Shown one piece after another: positions 61,761 through 64,000 of a stretch of 64,000 nt of DNA. The DNA lies in assembly GCF_964355755.1 (NCBI RefSeq), contig NC_092670.1, forward strand, positions 13,440,795 through 13,504,794, in the 5' to 3' direction. Positions within the stretch are counted from its first letter, which is position 1; each line of letters opens with the position of its first letter. Under the pieces are notes generated by a model that worked only from the letters and a program-made list of their open reading frames with translations, did not search any database and had not been told where the DNA came from. The position numbers and the translations under genes are program-made. Source of the DNA: Antedon mediterranea (Eukaryota; Animalia; Echinodermata).

Positions 61761-64000
61761 TTACCTGAAATGTTTCGATTTCTTAGGTAGGCCTTATAAC
61801 ATCCGGTGCAACAAATAGAGCTATGCAGCTCCGGTGACCTTCCCTGAGCAACAAACCATCATGCATTTTTATACGGTAATATTACCAATTAGTGTTGGTT
61901 ATAATTATTATTGTTTTATATAATATTTTGATAGATAATGCGGATAAATAATATTACAAATTATATGGATCTAAAAAACCTAAAGAGGATTTACCTTATG
62001 TTGCCCATGGCCTACACGTTGTAGCTTAAATATGCCTTTTCTTACATTAGTTTATGAATTTCATTTCCTTTCCTCATTTTGTCATATCCCATTAGATACA
62101 TTAAAACTAACATTACCACTTTGTCCTCGATCATAAATTCTCTCGATTTGACTAATTTCTTACAATTATATATGTTTTATACTTAGGAGCTGATCGGAAA
62201 TTCTCGTAAAAAACGATTTTTTCAATCCAAGATATAGTTGGGATCAGCTCAAAAACTCTAGGTAATAATCGGTTTTGAAATGTGTATGATTAAGGTATAA
62301 TATATTGTTTTTTTTAAACAAAAATATATAAATTGCACTATTATTAATGCTAACAATAAAACGATAAAATACGGTAGTACGTTACGATTCCCACCAACTT
62401 TTGTAGCTTTAATAAAGGTATTCACTTTCTGCAAAAATAAATAATGTGAAAGCGTTTGTGTGTTACCTTGATTTACATCGGTATCGGAAAACTCTTTTCA
62501 AGGCGTTATATACACCGCGACAAACAGCGTGTGAAAGTACCCCACAATAATAATGGATTGATTATTGAATCGATACATTCAATATGATATAACATAACTT
62601 CAGCATATTTACAGCTTGGTCCACTTGGACGTGACGAGTAAAAACTTGAGTTGACCAATGACAAGCGATATAGTCCACTTGTGATTGGTTAAGTTACTTG
62701 CGTTACGCTTTGTCTTTGTGTTCAACACAAACTGTTTTATTCTAGTTATTATTAGGTTACAGTTACAAACTACTTACTACCGTACCTTATAAAACTCGAC
62801 GGAAGTTTAAATATTCTGCTTACAAATGACTAGCGTTTATCTCACAACTGACAAGGCCTGTAGAGAGTTTTTTTAATAAATACAAACAACCCACTTACCG
62901 TTTAACGTCACATAATGCTCAAGCAACTTAACTAGCGTCCTTTACCAAAGCCTTCGTTGGTTTTCTGATTTTACCACCTGCGTTCACTCGAATATGAAAA
63001 TGAGATTAACACTTGTTGCCATACGTTCAATGATGCGTGGTTTTCTAAAAAAGAAATACAAAACTTGTTAAAACTACTGGTCAAACAATGCGAAAACGTA
63101 TCGACCCTCTCCGCCTGGGCTGACATAAGAAAACAAGAAACTTTTAAGATATGAAACAAAATATATAAGACTCACTAGGACAGCTCCACCATGATTGTGG
63201 CTGAGCTCGGAACATTTTGGAAAAATTGAGCCCCTTTCCGAGCCTTTGCCACTGTGTATAGCCTCGAGTGGATATTTAGGCCTAAAACTATATTGATATT
63301 TTTAAATAATTAAAATTACGATTGTGGGGTTTAATACGTTGCAGAAATGTATGTGATCAAAACAATTTTAAGACGCGCATATCATACAGTAATAATAACA
63401 TTTATAGGCCTAAATGCTATATAAAAACTATGAGAATGGAAAAGCCGCTCTAACCCGAAATAATTTCTACAGCCTGGCAATAAATTGAGAAATATGTGTA
63501 TCTATTATAAATATACATTTGGTTTCTTTCCGTTCACTGAGATGACAGAATATTCATATTCAGTTTATTGCTGTGATCGCAAGCTTTTAAATTCACTGAC
63601 CTATACTTTATAATGGATTTGACATTTTATTGAATGACAGTCTATCGTTGATGTTTAACGAATAATATATCATAACTTTAACATTAGACAATATCTTATT
63701 AAAGATCGTATACCATCTTATACGTTTTACCTAGCCGTCGTTAATAGTCACGTGATCGGATTTTGTTCAATGCAGACTCCATGTCTGCAAATTTGAAAAA
63801 TTAAAGATATATATTTATAGATTTGTAATTAAGGAAATGTTCCTTAGTTTATAGTTTATAATCTTTGTGAAAGCAGAAGGTTTGTAAGTCCCAACAAGTA
63901 CATCTTGAGATCGTTAATAACACTTTGAAGTCAAGTGTAAAATGCATGCAATGTATCGACAACAAGACGCTTCTTGATATCAATAATGTAATACTTTCGA

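Overview
AT-rich eukaryotic (animal) genomic DNA with GT-AG introns. It is probably from a marine invertebrate deuterostome such as an echinoderm; this is inferred from gene content, a Deu-domain SINE and the TAGGCCTA bias. There are no operons, CRISPR arrays, rRNA or genuine tRNA genes. Genes: (1) On the minus strand, a 14-exon 5' part (13398->322, continuing off the left edge) of a large secreted protein: signal peptide, CCxGW/half-EMI motif, 5 NIM/EGF-like repeats, VWD, C8, TIL and TILa (SCO-spondin/otogelin/hemolectin-like). (2) On the plus strand, a single-exon LRR type-I membrane receptor with no TIR domain (19926-21365). (3) On the minus strand, a two-coding-exon unorthodox aquaporin, AQP11/12-like (27380->25177), with an unusual NPAR/NPAL motif pair. 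(4) A probable signal-peptide first exon on the plus strand (34193-34255), followed by about 30 kb with no convincing exon. Non-coding DNA is dense with TE relics: a solo LTR, a young foldback/Mutator-like element, TTAA and TTA/TAA MITEs, tRNA- and Deu-SINEs, and LINE tails. I found no proven new system. The best leads are the aquaporin motif swap, the NIM-VWD protein, the TIR-less LRR receptor and a patterned excess of TAGGCCTA. All coordinates and counts were read by eye and need computational confirmation.
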